From a virus (lineage: Duplodnaviria > Caudoviricetes), in IMG/VR virus record IMGVR_UViG_3300033163_000002, positions 1,340 through 65,339 of that record: a DNA stretch of 64,000 nucleotides; one strand, given 5' to 3'. Below the pieces are notes generated by a model. It saw only the letters and a program-made list of their open reading frames with translations. It made no database searches and was not told the DNA's origin. Numbering within the stretch: position 1 is the stretch's first letter; the number at the start of each line of letters is the position of its first letter. The position numbers and the translations under genes were made by a program. Below are positions 56,511 to 64,000 of the stretch, in pieces.

Positions 56511-57564
56511 TTCTGGCGAATTCCCCATATTTCGGATGAACCAACCAAGCCGGTTGCCCGGGTTCTGAATATCTCCCATCCTTGTGATCATAAGCGGTGG
56601 TTCCCTGAACACTTGCGCAACAAGACCAAAGGGGATGATCCAGATTCGTATGAAAATGGGCATGAACCATTTTATGGAATCCCAGTTCATGAATCTTTGA
56701 TGGATCTTCCAACACCAATCGCATCCGGGTGATTGTTTCTTTCCCCACCTTCCGTTCCGCATTATACCAAGGATACCCCATCCAACCCCGGATCTGATGA
56801 CCATGGGTGATCAAATATTGCATCTGATTCACTGAAATCACCTTTTCCAACATTGGATAAATATTGAACTCCACATTGGTGTGCTTCTGGATGTAGGCTT
56901 CCAATAATTTCCCCACAAGGTAATTCATGGAATTCAACCCGGCTTCCCCGGATTGTGGCTTTTTGGTAAGGCGAGCATGATTGTCCTCCGATACAAAATG
57001 CACGATGATCTTTTCAAAATGTGGGGCAAGGATGGCGATTTGCTTGGCATGAACCATCGCCGCCCGAACCACTTGCACCGGGCTGGGAAAGGCATTTGTG
57101 ATCAGCAATTCCTGATGAATATCCCCGCTAATTAAATCCCCCAGCATCAGGATATGCAATTCATGGATCTTGTATGATGCCCGCAGGGTGTTTGCGTAAT
57201 CCACCATGGAATAAGCGAACCCCATATTCCGCCTTTCGCAGATCAAAGGATTGAAATCATTGAATCCCTCAATTTCTTCCCCCTTTTGTTCTGCTCCCAT
57301 GTGGCTGTCGGCAATTTCCCCCACCATGGCCACTTCTGTTTTCTTTTTCCCAGATTCCGGAACGTATAATTTTGGCAGGGGGGTGATCGGGGAAATGGAA
57401 TCCACAACCCGCCGGAAAAACACTTCCAATCCCCCCCGGGTTTTTCTGTAGTTTTCAAAGACCCGATCCTTTTCTGCCAATTGCCGATGCAACTCCTGAA
57501 CCTCCTCATTCTGTTGGGCCCGCAGGGCTTCCCCGCTCAATGGCCCGAAATTGGAATTTGTCAT
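56467..57564 (-). CDS. Calcineurin-like metallophosphoesterase with N-terminal coiled coil
   Basis: IADSHMG, LGDLISG, DNH, THGH, HAHFH. Confidence 0.8.
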   Translation of the reverse strand: MTNSNFGPLSGEALRAQQNEEVQELHRQLAEKDRVFENYRKTRGGLEVFFRRVVDSISPITPLPKLYVPESGKKKTEVAMVGEIADSHMGAEQKGEEIEGFNDFNPLICERRNMGFAYSMVDYANTLRASYKIHELHILMLGDLISGDIHQELLITNAFPSPVQVVRAAMVHAKQIAILAPHFEKIIVHFVSEDNHARLTKKPQSGEAGLNSMNYLVGKLLEAYIQKHTNVEFNIYPMLEKVISVNQMQYLITHGHQIRGWMGYPWYNAERKVGKETITRMRLVLEDPSKIHELGFHKMVHAHFHTNLDHPLWSCCASVQGTTAYDHKDGRYSEPGQPAWLVHPKYGEFARTNFRLKFYDEMAIE

Positions 57565-58049
57565 AATAAAGTCCCCTCATTTTTCATTTCTTCAATCGAT
57601 TTCGGATGGCCCCAGATGATTTGCCCCTGTGCCTTTCCGCGATATGGTCTGGTCTCTTCCGATTCCAAAATAGCCCGATAACCCGGTCGACCGTGTAATC
57701 CAAATCTGCGCACAAAATCCGCATCCCGCCAGAAAATACCCTCTTCCTGATATGGCAGACTTTTCAAAGCGCGTATAACAATAGCTTTGATATTATACAT
57801 ATTTCGCAATTCTTGTCCGGATAATGATTTAACAATATCTGTCTTAACAGATGGATCCGGGGGATTTTTTTCCGGATGTGTGATCAAAATCCCAGATCCA
57901 ACAGTGCGACCGCGAATAATGCTGCGCACCTGTTCAACAGAACGAAATACTCCGGGAAAATCATGAAAGATCTTTTTCGCCAATTGAGTAGGCAAAAGAT
58001 CTGGGAATTCTTCCCGGTAAGATTTAACTAATTTTTGTGCTTCAGTCAT
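57561..58049 (-). CDS. Hypothetical protein
   Basis: 162 aa; 4-nt overlap with the downstream gene. Confidence 0.6.
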   Translation of the reverse strand: MTEAQKLVKSYREEFPDLLPTQLAKKIFHDFPGVFRSVEQVRSIIRGRTVGSGILITHPEKNPPDPSVKTDIVKSLSGQELRNMYNIKAIVIRALKSLPYQEEGIFWRDADFVRRFGLHGRPGYRAILESEETRPYRGKAQGQIIWGHPKSIEEMKNEGTLL

Positions 58050-58053
58050 GGCT

Positions 58054-58743
58054 TCAATTTTTGATTATAATAAAAACCAATCCGGCAGCCGCCACCCCGA
58101 TCCCTACGGGGGTCATCCCCGATGCGATCAATAATCCGGCTCCGGTTCCCGTCATCACCCCAACCAACGCCGTGGAATTCGCCCGGGCAATAATGGCCGA
58201 TTGGGCTTCATGGAATTCTGCTATGTGGGTGGATTGTGTTTGGATGATTTCCTGTTGAGTTTGAATGATAATCCCCTGACGCGCATTTATCGCCCGAATT
58301 ACGGCAATTTCTTCCAAGCGATATTCTGATACCTCTTTCCATTTATTTGCTGTCAGACGAGCGCTATTCAATTCGTGGAGGCATTCTTCCATGTCCTTTG
58401 GTTCTATGGATGACATGGGGGGAATATTGGCTATCAGATCTTCGGTTTTCTTTTGTTGGATGGAAAGATCCTGTTCCAATTTCAGGATGATCCCATTCTG
58501 ATCAGAAACCACCTTGTTTAGGGATGCAATTTCTTTTTCAGCCGATTCCCATGCCTGCATGATCCGATCCAGATCCTGCCCCTGTTCTCCGATCAATCCC
58601 TGAGTCCTTTCCATCAGGGTCAGGACCATGTCGATCTTTTGCAAAGCCCCGGTGTATTTTTGAACCGGGGCGGAGCGGCTAATCAGAAAAATCATCAGGA
58701 TCAAAACCAACCCCGCCCCAATTGCTATCGCCCCCTTTTTCAT
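58054..58743 (-). CDS. Membrane-anchored coiled-coil protein, spanin-like
   Basis: N-terminal transmembrane helix, long heptads, C-terminal hydrophobic segment; in the lysis cassette. Confidence 0.5.
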   Translation of the reverse strand: MKKGAIAIGAGLVLILMIFLISRSAPVQKYTGALQKIDMVLTLMERTQGLIGEQGQDLDRIMQAWESAEKEIASLNKVVSDQNGIILKLEQDLSIQQKKTEDLIANIPPMSSIEPKDMEECLHELNSARLTANKWKEVSEYRLEEIAVIRAINARQGIIIQTQQEIIQTQSTHIAEFHEAQSAIIARANSTALVGVMTGTGAGLLIASGMTPVGIGVAAAGLVFIIIKN

Positions 58744-58898
58744 TGCTTGTCGGCTTTTCGGGATTCCCGCCAATCTTTGGCCTTGTTGACCCCCTTTTTT
58801 CCAGTGCGCCAGGTGAATTTAACCACCCCCACGATTCCAACGATCAGGATGGTAAGAATTATCAAAACCCACCATCCAAGTCCCATAAGTAGTGTCAT
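58740..58898 (-). CDS. Small membrane protein (52 aa)
   Basis: Hand-translated MTLLMGLGWWVLIILTILIVGIVGVVKFTWRTGKK.. Confidence 0.55.
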   Translation of the reverse strand: MTLLMGLGWWVLIILTILIVGIVGVVKFTWRTGKKGVNKAKDWRESRKADKQ

Positions 58899-58918
58899 AA
58901 TTTAAAGATTTAAGTGAT

Positions 58919-59458
58919 TTAATAAACCAATGTGAAATGGGTGATCCGAAAATATGCGGTCGGATCGATACGCCGATTCTTCCGCCAAACCCCAGATCCA
59001 TCCCATTGTGATCCTTCATATCCGGGGGATGTATTACCCCCGATGGTCTGGCCCCGTGGGCCTTTCCATGCGTGTTCTGTTATCTCCACATGACCACTCC
59101 ATGATTCCCCTCTTTTCCAAACCACCAACGTCCCTGGTGGGACTTCCAACCCCCCGGCAACCCTTCCCGCTGGGATGCTTTCCTTCACAATATAATGCTG
59201 CGCTACAGCAGATCTGACCGGGGGAAACACCGCCTGGGCGGAATCCAATCCAGCAGCAGCAAAGGTGGCACACCACGAGCTTCCCAAAGGAATCCCCAGT
59301 CGACTGTTCCAATGATCAATGTGAGGACTCCGGTTTGGGCCGATTTCCTGATGATTCACATAAGCCTGTGCGAAAAGAACCAAAGATTCATTCGCTGGCC
59401 GGATTCCAATGAACCAGCAACAGGAAATCATCAACCAAATGGGCGCTAAATATTTCAT
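58919..59458 (-). CDS. CHAP-domain endolysin with N-terminal signal sequence
   Basis: WCATFA (Cys), GHVEI (His), TIGGNT. Confidence 0.8.
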   Translation of the reverse strand: MKYLAPIWLMISCCWFIGIRPANESLVLFAQAYVNHQEIGPNRSPHIDHWNSRLGIPLGSSWCATFAAAGLDSAQAVFPPVRSAVAQHYIVKESIPAGRVAGGLEVPPGTLVVWKRGESWSGHVEITEHAWKGPRGQTIGGNTSPGYEGSQWDGSGVWRKNRRIDPTAYFRITHFTLVY

Positions 59459-59781
59459 ACTGAATTCAATACGGCTGCTATTATCAACGCATAGGCTAAA
59501 AGAATCAACCCATAAGTCACGTTGTTTTCCTGAATGGCCTTGGTGGTATCAATATTGGAATGATATACCTTGTCCATGTAGGAAAGAAAAGCAATCCCGG
59601 TGAACATCAATAAAATAGCGGCGGGGAATCTGGAAAAGGGCCCAAATGGACTCAATACCCAGATCAACAGATAAAACATCCCCAATCCAATCAGGAACAT
59701 GATCAGAAACCAAAGGGTGTTTCTCCCGATCCGCATGTTTTTCAATTTTTCAAGAATCGTTTTCATTGTCGGTAAATTCAT
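59455..59781 (-). CDS. Three-helix membrane protein, holin-like (DUF350-like)
   Basis: Three hydrophobic segments; I...N.T.G..L.A..L motif; upstream of the endolysin. Confidence 0.55.
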   Translation of the reverse strand: MNLPTMKTILEKLKNMRIGRNTLWFLIMFLIGLGMFYLLIWVLSPFGPFSRFPAAILLMFTGIAFLSYMDKVYHSNIDTTKAIQENNVTYGLILLAYALIIAAVLNSV

Positions 59782-60190
59782 TTACAGGTGGACATTCCTT
59801 GCATGATTTATGGAAAGCGACATGTTTGTGGGAAAAATCGGCATAGCGATTCATCCGGCGGTTCAGGATCCGAATGGATTTTTCAAAGACCTTGTTTGTC
59901 TTTTCAGCCAATCTTTCCCGCTCCCTTGTAATTGCCACTTCCAACGTCAATTTCTGGACACTCTGGGTCAATTCCTTTTGTGTCTTTGCATTTTCCCGGA
60001 ATGTGTAGATCATGATTGAAATGATCAAAGATAATAACAATGCAAACAAATAATTAAACATATTGTCAACATTGGGTAATCCCGGAAAAAGGCTCTGTGA
60101 AAAAGCGGTAAGGGATAATAACATAAATCCCAGAAAAATCACACAATATGAAATAAAGTGTTTAATCGCCGGATTCCGGATCCATTTCAT
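59750..60190 (-). CDS. Membrane protein with coiled-coil tail
   Basis: Two transmembrane segments followed by heptads; start refined to MKWIRN. Confidence 0.55.
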   Translation of the reverse strand: MKWIRNPAIKHFISYCVIFLGFMLLSLTAFSQSLFPGLPNVDNMFNYLFALLLSLIISIMIYTFRENAKTQKELTQSVQKLTLEVAITRERERLAEKTNKVFEKSIRILNRRMNRYADFSHKHVAFHKSCKECPPVNEFTDNENDS

Positions 60191-60554
60191 TTTCTTCCCC
60201 CCTTTTTTGGTTAAACAATACATCCGTTAACCATTCAAATAAATTGGTCACGAATTCTTTGATCCACGGGACATTTCCCCATCCGACATTTGCCATGACT
60301 GCTGCCCAAGCCCCAAAGAATAAACCAGACCACCAAGGCAATCCGAAAAGAAATCCATCCTGAAAAATGGATGCCAATCCCCATCCACCCATACCAAGGG
60401 CCGGAGGAATGATCCATGACCAAACAGATTTCCAAAATTTAGTCTGCGGTTGAAACCAACGCATCCATGCCTCAATGATGAATGGAACCGTCACCGTGCA
60501 AAATGCTGAAAATGTAGCGAAATATAACGCATACACAATTGCCAATTCTTCCAT
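60162..60554 (-). CDS. Putative holin
   Basis: Three hydrophobic segments; charged C-terminus. Confidence 0.55.
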   Translation of the reverse strand: MEELAIVYALYFATFSAFCTVTVPFIIEAWMRWFQPQTKFWKSVWSWIIPPALGMGGWGLASIFQDGFLFGLPWWSGLFFGAWAAVMANVGWGNVPWIKEFVTNLFEWLTDVLFNQKRGEENEMDPESGD

Positions 60555-60578
60555 AATTCTACGTTTTTTAATGAAACA

Positions 60579-60956
60579 TCAGTTTTTGGTTCTGGCGGAT
60601 TCCTGATCGGTTTTTCGAGCAGGAGTGGTCGCCATTTCCTTCAATCTTGTTATTTCTTCTTCTTTGGGTTTGATTTCCAATGTCTGAACCCACTCCTCAA
60701 TCGCCTGATTGATTCTTTCCCTTTCCTGAATTGAATCCGGGATCTGGAAAGGATCATCCGGGGATTCGTCCGGAGGATCTTCATAATTGAAAAATTTCTT
60801 TGCTTCTTCCCGGGTTTCAAAATAATACCAACCCCGAACAGGATATTTGTATTCCTTGTGCCTTTTCACCCAGATTGACCAATCCTTCCCCCCCACGCTT
60901 TCCGGGGCATGGATCAATTGATTATCATCGATTGTGTAAAATCCTTTTTCGCTCAT
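60579..60956 (-). CDS. Hypothetical tail-associated protein
   Basis: GFY..Y.YPV.GWYYF..EA..FF motif; follows the fibre gene. Confidence 0.55.
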   Translation of the reverse strand: MSEKGFYTIDDNQLIHAPESVGGKDWSIWVKRHKEYKYPVRGWYYFETREEAKKFFNYEDPPDESPDDPFQIPDSIQERERINQAIEEWVQTLEIKPKEEEITRLKEMATTPARKTDQESARTKN

Positions 60957-60958
60957 GA

Positions 60959-63046
60959 TTATGCCGGTTTTGCGGGATTGGTGTTCCATCCCCGATTTAA
61001 TGCAATATCCCAATCAGCGGGCTCCAATTCATTGACAGCCGGGGTATCTGTGAATGTCAAAGTATAGGTAGTAGCATTATAAGTTCCCACCTTTCGCCCC
61101 GTAGGATGGGATCTTTCCGAAGTTTGCAACTCCCCCCGGACCACTGTTAAAGTGTTCCCTGATATGGAATCAATAAAAATGATTTCCCGATTAGCATCAG
61201 ATGTGGGGTTGGTGATGGATTCATCCCAAATGAAGGCAAATCCCCTTTCCACCAACAGGCTCGCATCATCAACCTCAATTGTGGTTTGGGAATCATCAAT
61301 CGCCCCATCCAGATTTGTAATCCCCCCGTTTAATCCTTTCATCAATTGGATCATCCCCGCCCGGCCCAATTGGCTCCGTTGGACACTGAAAGACCCTTTC
61401 ACATTTTTAAGATTGGCCCAGATCAGGGATGTGTTGTAATAATTCAGAAAATTTCCATTATTCGTGCCTCCACTCCAGCATTGCAGTTCCTCAATGGAAA
61501 TCAAAGCAGATGCTTGCTGAAACATTCCTGTAAAATTGGTAACACCCGGACTCCAGATCTTTCCAACCCTTTTTAATCTATAAGCCCAACGGAACATATT
61601 TTGAAAACTCGTGGCTCCAGAAAGATCCAGATCTGGAACTGATTCCAAGTTATGTGTAAATTGAAAAGAAGAAACCCAAGTAGTAATTTTAGACAAGTCC
61701 GCTCCCGATGGGAAAGGCCAATGCCTGATTCCCATCACAGATTGAAATGCACTGTTCATGGATCCCTCCAAAGAATCCAAAGATCCTACGAAAATGACAT
61801 CTTCCAATGAATGACATGTAGAAAACATTCCATTCATACTTTTTAATGATTCAGGATTTTGTAAAGTCGCTTTCTTCAAAGCCGGACAGGTGTTAAATAA
61901 GAAACTGGCATCCTCCACCCCGTCTATGTCCAAAGTTGCTTCCACCAAACCCCACCAATTGGAAAATAAATTGGATATTCTGCCAATCCCTTTGACACTT
62001 AAATTTTCCGGAATTTCTTTCATTTGTCGCAATCCATCATACAACCCGGCTATATCTGATATATTTGGGCTTTGCGAGAAATCATAAACAGGTAATTCCT
62101 TCAATCGATGGCATTGCTTATAAACATAGTACATTCCTTCCAAATCTTCATGCATTTCAATTTCAGGAGGTTCTGTGATGGGGGTGTAGGAAAAACAAGA
62201 ATCCCATGTTTTTACATAATGGGAATTTGTCAATTTTATATCATACAAAGAATAACACGAAAAACAAAAAGTAAGCAAGTTTTCAATAACCCCCGTAAAC
62301 TCTACATGGATTTTTTGAAGGGAATAACATTCTCCGAAGATATATTCAGCACTCCAATCCCCACTGATAGCGGGGAATTTTATTGGATCCGGGAGATATA
62401 AAAGGGATGAACAAAGCCAAAATAAATAACTAATATTTGTACCGGATGCAAGATCCAGATTCACCACCTTTACCAATGAAAGACAATTCCAAAAACAGGC
62501 TTCCCAATCTTCCACTTTATTGGTTCCAATGAAATCAAACTGTTCCAGATTTGTGTGAAGAACAGAGGTCCCCCATCCTACAAAATTAAACACTCCAATT
62601 TCCGATCCTGCCATTCGGATATCCAACCACCCCGTGCCATATTGCTGGGTGTGTTCAGGATGGGCTATGTTCAAATGAACTTCAGTCATGTCCTGCCCGG
62701 ATTGCATGGTGATTTCAATGATTACCTGGCGATATCCTTCGGTTGTTGTTGTTCCCGAATCCACCTCATCAAAATCATAATTGTGGGTGGCCAGATCATC
62801 CGCATCAAAATCCTCCGAAGCAGACCCATCCCCCCAATCAACGGTATAGTCCCCAGATATTTTTATTGCTACCCGGTTGGCGATATCCCACGGATCCACT
62901 TTAAACAATCCTACAATTTTCTGATCCGTGTCAAGCACCGTTGGAAGGGATAACCATTCCGAGTTTCTTGTCCATTCTGTAATGGGAGGGATGGGTGGAT
63001 CCACCGCCCCCCGCATCATCGGTAAATGAAATTTTCCCCTTGTCAT
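60959..63046 (-). CDS. BspA/DUF285-like leucine-rich-repeat surface/tail fibre protein
   Basis: DYTVDWGDG (PKD-like) followed by many ..MF..C.SL..I.. repeats; start at MTRGKF. Confidence 0.8.
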   Translation of the reverse strand: MTRGKFHLPMMRGAVDPPIPPITEWTRNSEWLSLPTVLDTDQKIVGLFKVDPWDIANRVAIKISGDYTVDWGDGSASEDFDADDLATHNYDFDEVDSGTTTTEGYRQVIIEITMQSGQDMTEVHLNIAHPEHTQQYGTGWLDIRMAGSEIGVFNFVGWGTSVLHTNLEQFDFIGTNKVEDWEACFWNCLSLVKVVNLDLASGTNISYLFWLCSSLLYLPDPIKFPAISGDWSAEYIFGECYSLQKIHVEFTGVIENLLTFCFSCYSLYDIKLTNSHYVKTWDSCFSYTPITEPPEIEMHEDLEGMYYVYKQCHRLKELPVYDFSQSPNISDIAGLYDGLRQMKEIPENLSVKGIGRISNLFSNWWGLVEATLDIDGVEDASFLFNTCPALKKATLQNPESLKSMNGMFSTCHSLEDVIFVGSLDSLEGSMNSAFQSVMGIRHWPFPSGADLSKITTWVSSFQFTHNLESVPDLDLSGATSFQNMFRWAYRLKRVGKIWSPGVTNFTGMFQQASALISIEELQCWSGGTNNGNFLNYYNTSLIWANLKNVKGSFSVQRSQLGRAGMIQLMKGLNGGITNLDGAIDDSQTTIEVDDASLLVERGFAFIWDESITNPTSDANREIIFIDSISGNTLTVVRGELQTSERSHPTGRKVGTYNATTYTLTFTDTPAVNELEPADWDIALNRGWNTNPAKPA

Positions 63047-63047
63047 G

Positions 63048-64000
63048 TTATGTTGCTTTTTCAAATATGTAAATCACAATCCCAATATCATCTGTCGGCT
63101 CATTCACCGCATAGATGGTAATTTTTCCTGCCGATGCCACAACCCCGGGTAATATTCCAGCCGCCTGAACAATTAAATAATCTTCATTATCCGGGATGAT
63201 ATCCACCACGCTGTTGGCAGAAATCAACCCATTCGCATATTCATATTCCCAGAATTCAGATCCTTCCGTCCAATTGGCTTGTGTTAGGGTGATTCCTGTT
63301 ACTTCAACGGGGGCACCCGCGGGTCCGGTAGGCCCGGTTGGCCCCAGATTTCCCTGATCCCCGGTAGGCCCGGTAGGTCCCAGATTGCCCTGATCCCCGG
63401 TTGGGCCTGTTGGTCCCAGATCCCCGGTGTCCCCGGTTGGGCCTGTTGGTCCCAGATCCCCGGTGTCCCCGGTTGGGCCTGTTGGTCCCAGATTGCCCTG
63501 ATCCCCCTGATCCCCTGTTGGCCCGGTAGGTCCCAGATCCCCCTGATCCCCGGTAGGCCCTGTGGGTCCCAGATCCCCCTGATCCCCGGTAGGCCCTGTG
63601 GGTCCCAGATTGCCCTGATCCCCTGTCGGTCCCGTTGGTCCCAGATCCCCCTGATCCCCGGTAGGTCCGGTAGGTCCCAGATCCCCCTGATCCCCCTGAT
63701 CCCCGGTAGGTCCGGTGGGTCCCAGATCCCCCTGATCCCCGGTAGGTCCGGTAGGTCCCAGATCCCCCTGATCCCCGGTAGGTCCGGTGGGTCCCAGATC
63801 CCCCTGATCCCCTGTCGGTCCGGTGGGTCCCAGATCCCCCTGATCCCCTGTCGGTCCGGTAGGTCCCAGATTGCCCTGATCCCCGGTAGGCCCTGTGGGG
63901 CCCAGATCCCCCTGATCCCCGGTAGGTCCGGTAGGTCCCAGATTGCCCTGATCCCCGGTAGGCCCGGTGGGGCCCAGATCCCCCTGATCCCCGGTCGGTC
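63048..64000 (-). CDS. Collagen-like tail fibre/spike protein (5' end outside the window)
   Basis: Hand-translated (GPTGDQGDL)n followed by ..[25 protein letters not shown]..; stop TAA at 63048-50. Confidence 0.85.
   Translation of the reverse strand, partial: PTGDQGDLGPTGPTGDQGNLGPTGPTGDQGDLGPTGPTGDQGNLGPTGPTGDQGDLGPTGPTGDQGDLGPTGPTGDQGDLGPTGPTGDQGDLGPTGPTGDQGDQGDLGPTGPTGDQGDLGPTGPTGDQGNLGPTGPTGDQGDLGPTGPTGDQGDLGPTGPTGDQGDQGNLGPTGPTGDTGDLGPTGPTGDTGDLGPTGPTGDQGNLGPTGPTGDQGNLGPTGPTGPAGAPVEVTGITLTQANWTEGSEFWEYEYANGLISANSVVDIIPDNEDYLIVQAAGILPGVVASAGKITIYAVNEPTDDIGIVIYIFEKAT
63320..64000 (-). repeat. Collagen-like tandem repeats [12 protein letters not shown]
   Basis: ggtcccagatccccctgatccccggtaggtcc units. 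Confidence 0.95.

Noticed and set aside
51931-57800. Further copies of the phage promoter at ~51950 (TTATAATA) and ~57791 (minus strand)
   Set aside because: The upstream A(A/T)TGAA hexamer is missing at 13-nt spacing, and the second lies inside a CDS.

Overview
Nearly the complete genome of a tailed dsDNA phage of siphovirus type. It has a long tape measure protein and a lambda-type G/GT frameshift, with no integrase, CRISPR array or rRNA visible. A Bacteroidota/FCB host is likely, based on two TTTG-N19-20-TAnnTTTG promoters, SD-less AT-rich early leaders and a FISUMP domain. Minus strand 1-22.7 kb holds terminase, portal, head and tail genes, with a sulfotransferase and glycosyltransferases embedded. 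Plus strand 22.8-26 kb is an early region. Plus strand 26-56 kb covers replication and recombination (SNF2, sigma factor, primase, initiator, loader, helicase, clamp, split PolA, clamp loader, SSB, RecA, split Rad50/Mre11) and a 7-deazaguanine DNA-modification cluster (queD, queE, two queC, folE, dpdA-like). Minus strand 56.5-64 kb holds lysis genes, an LRR fibre and a collagen-like fibre. The standout feature is an array of five covarying type I hammerhead ribozymes separating small early genes (23.7-25.7 kb). Each is predicted to cut 27-29 nt upstream of the next start codon, and three carry the upstream gene's UGA stop inside the catalytic core. A structured non-coding leader and two atypical tRNA-like elements are also present. 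All calls come from reading motifs by eye; no database search was run.
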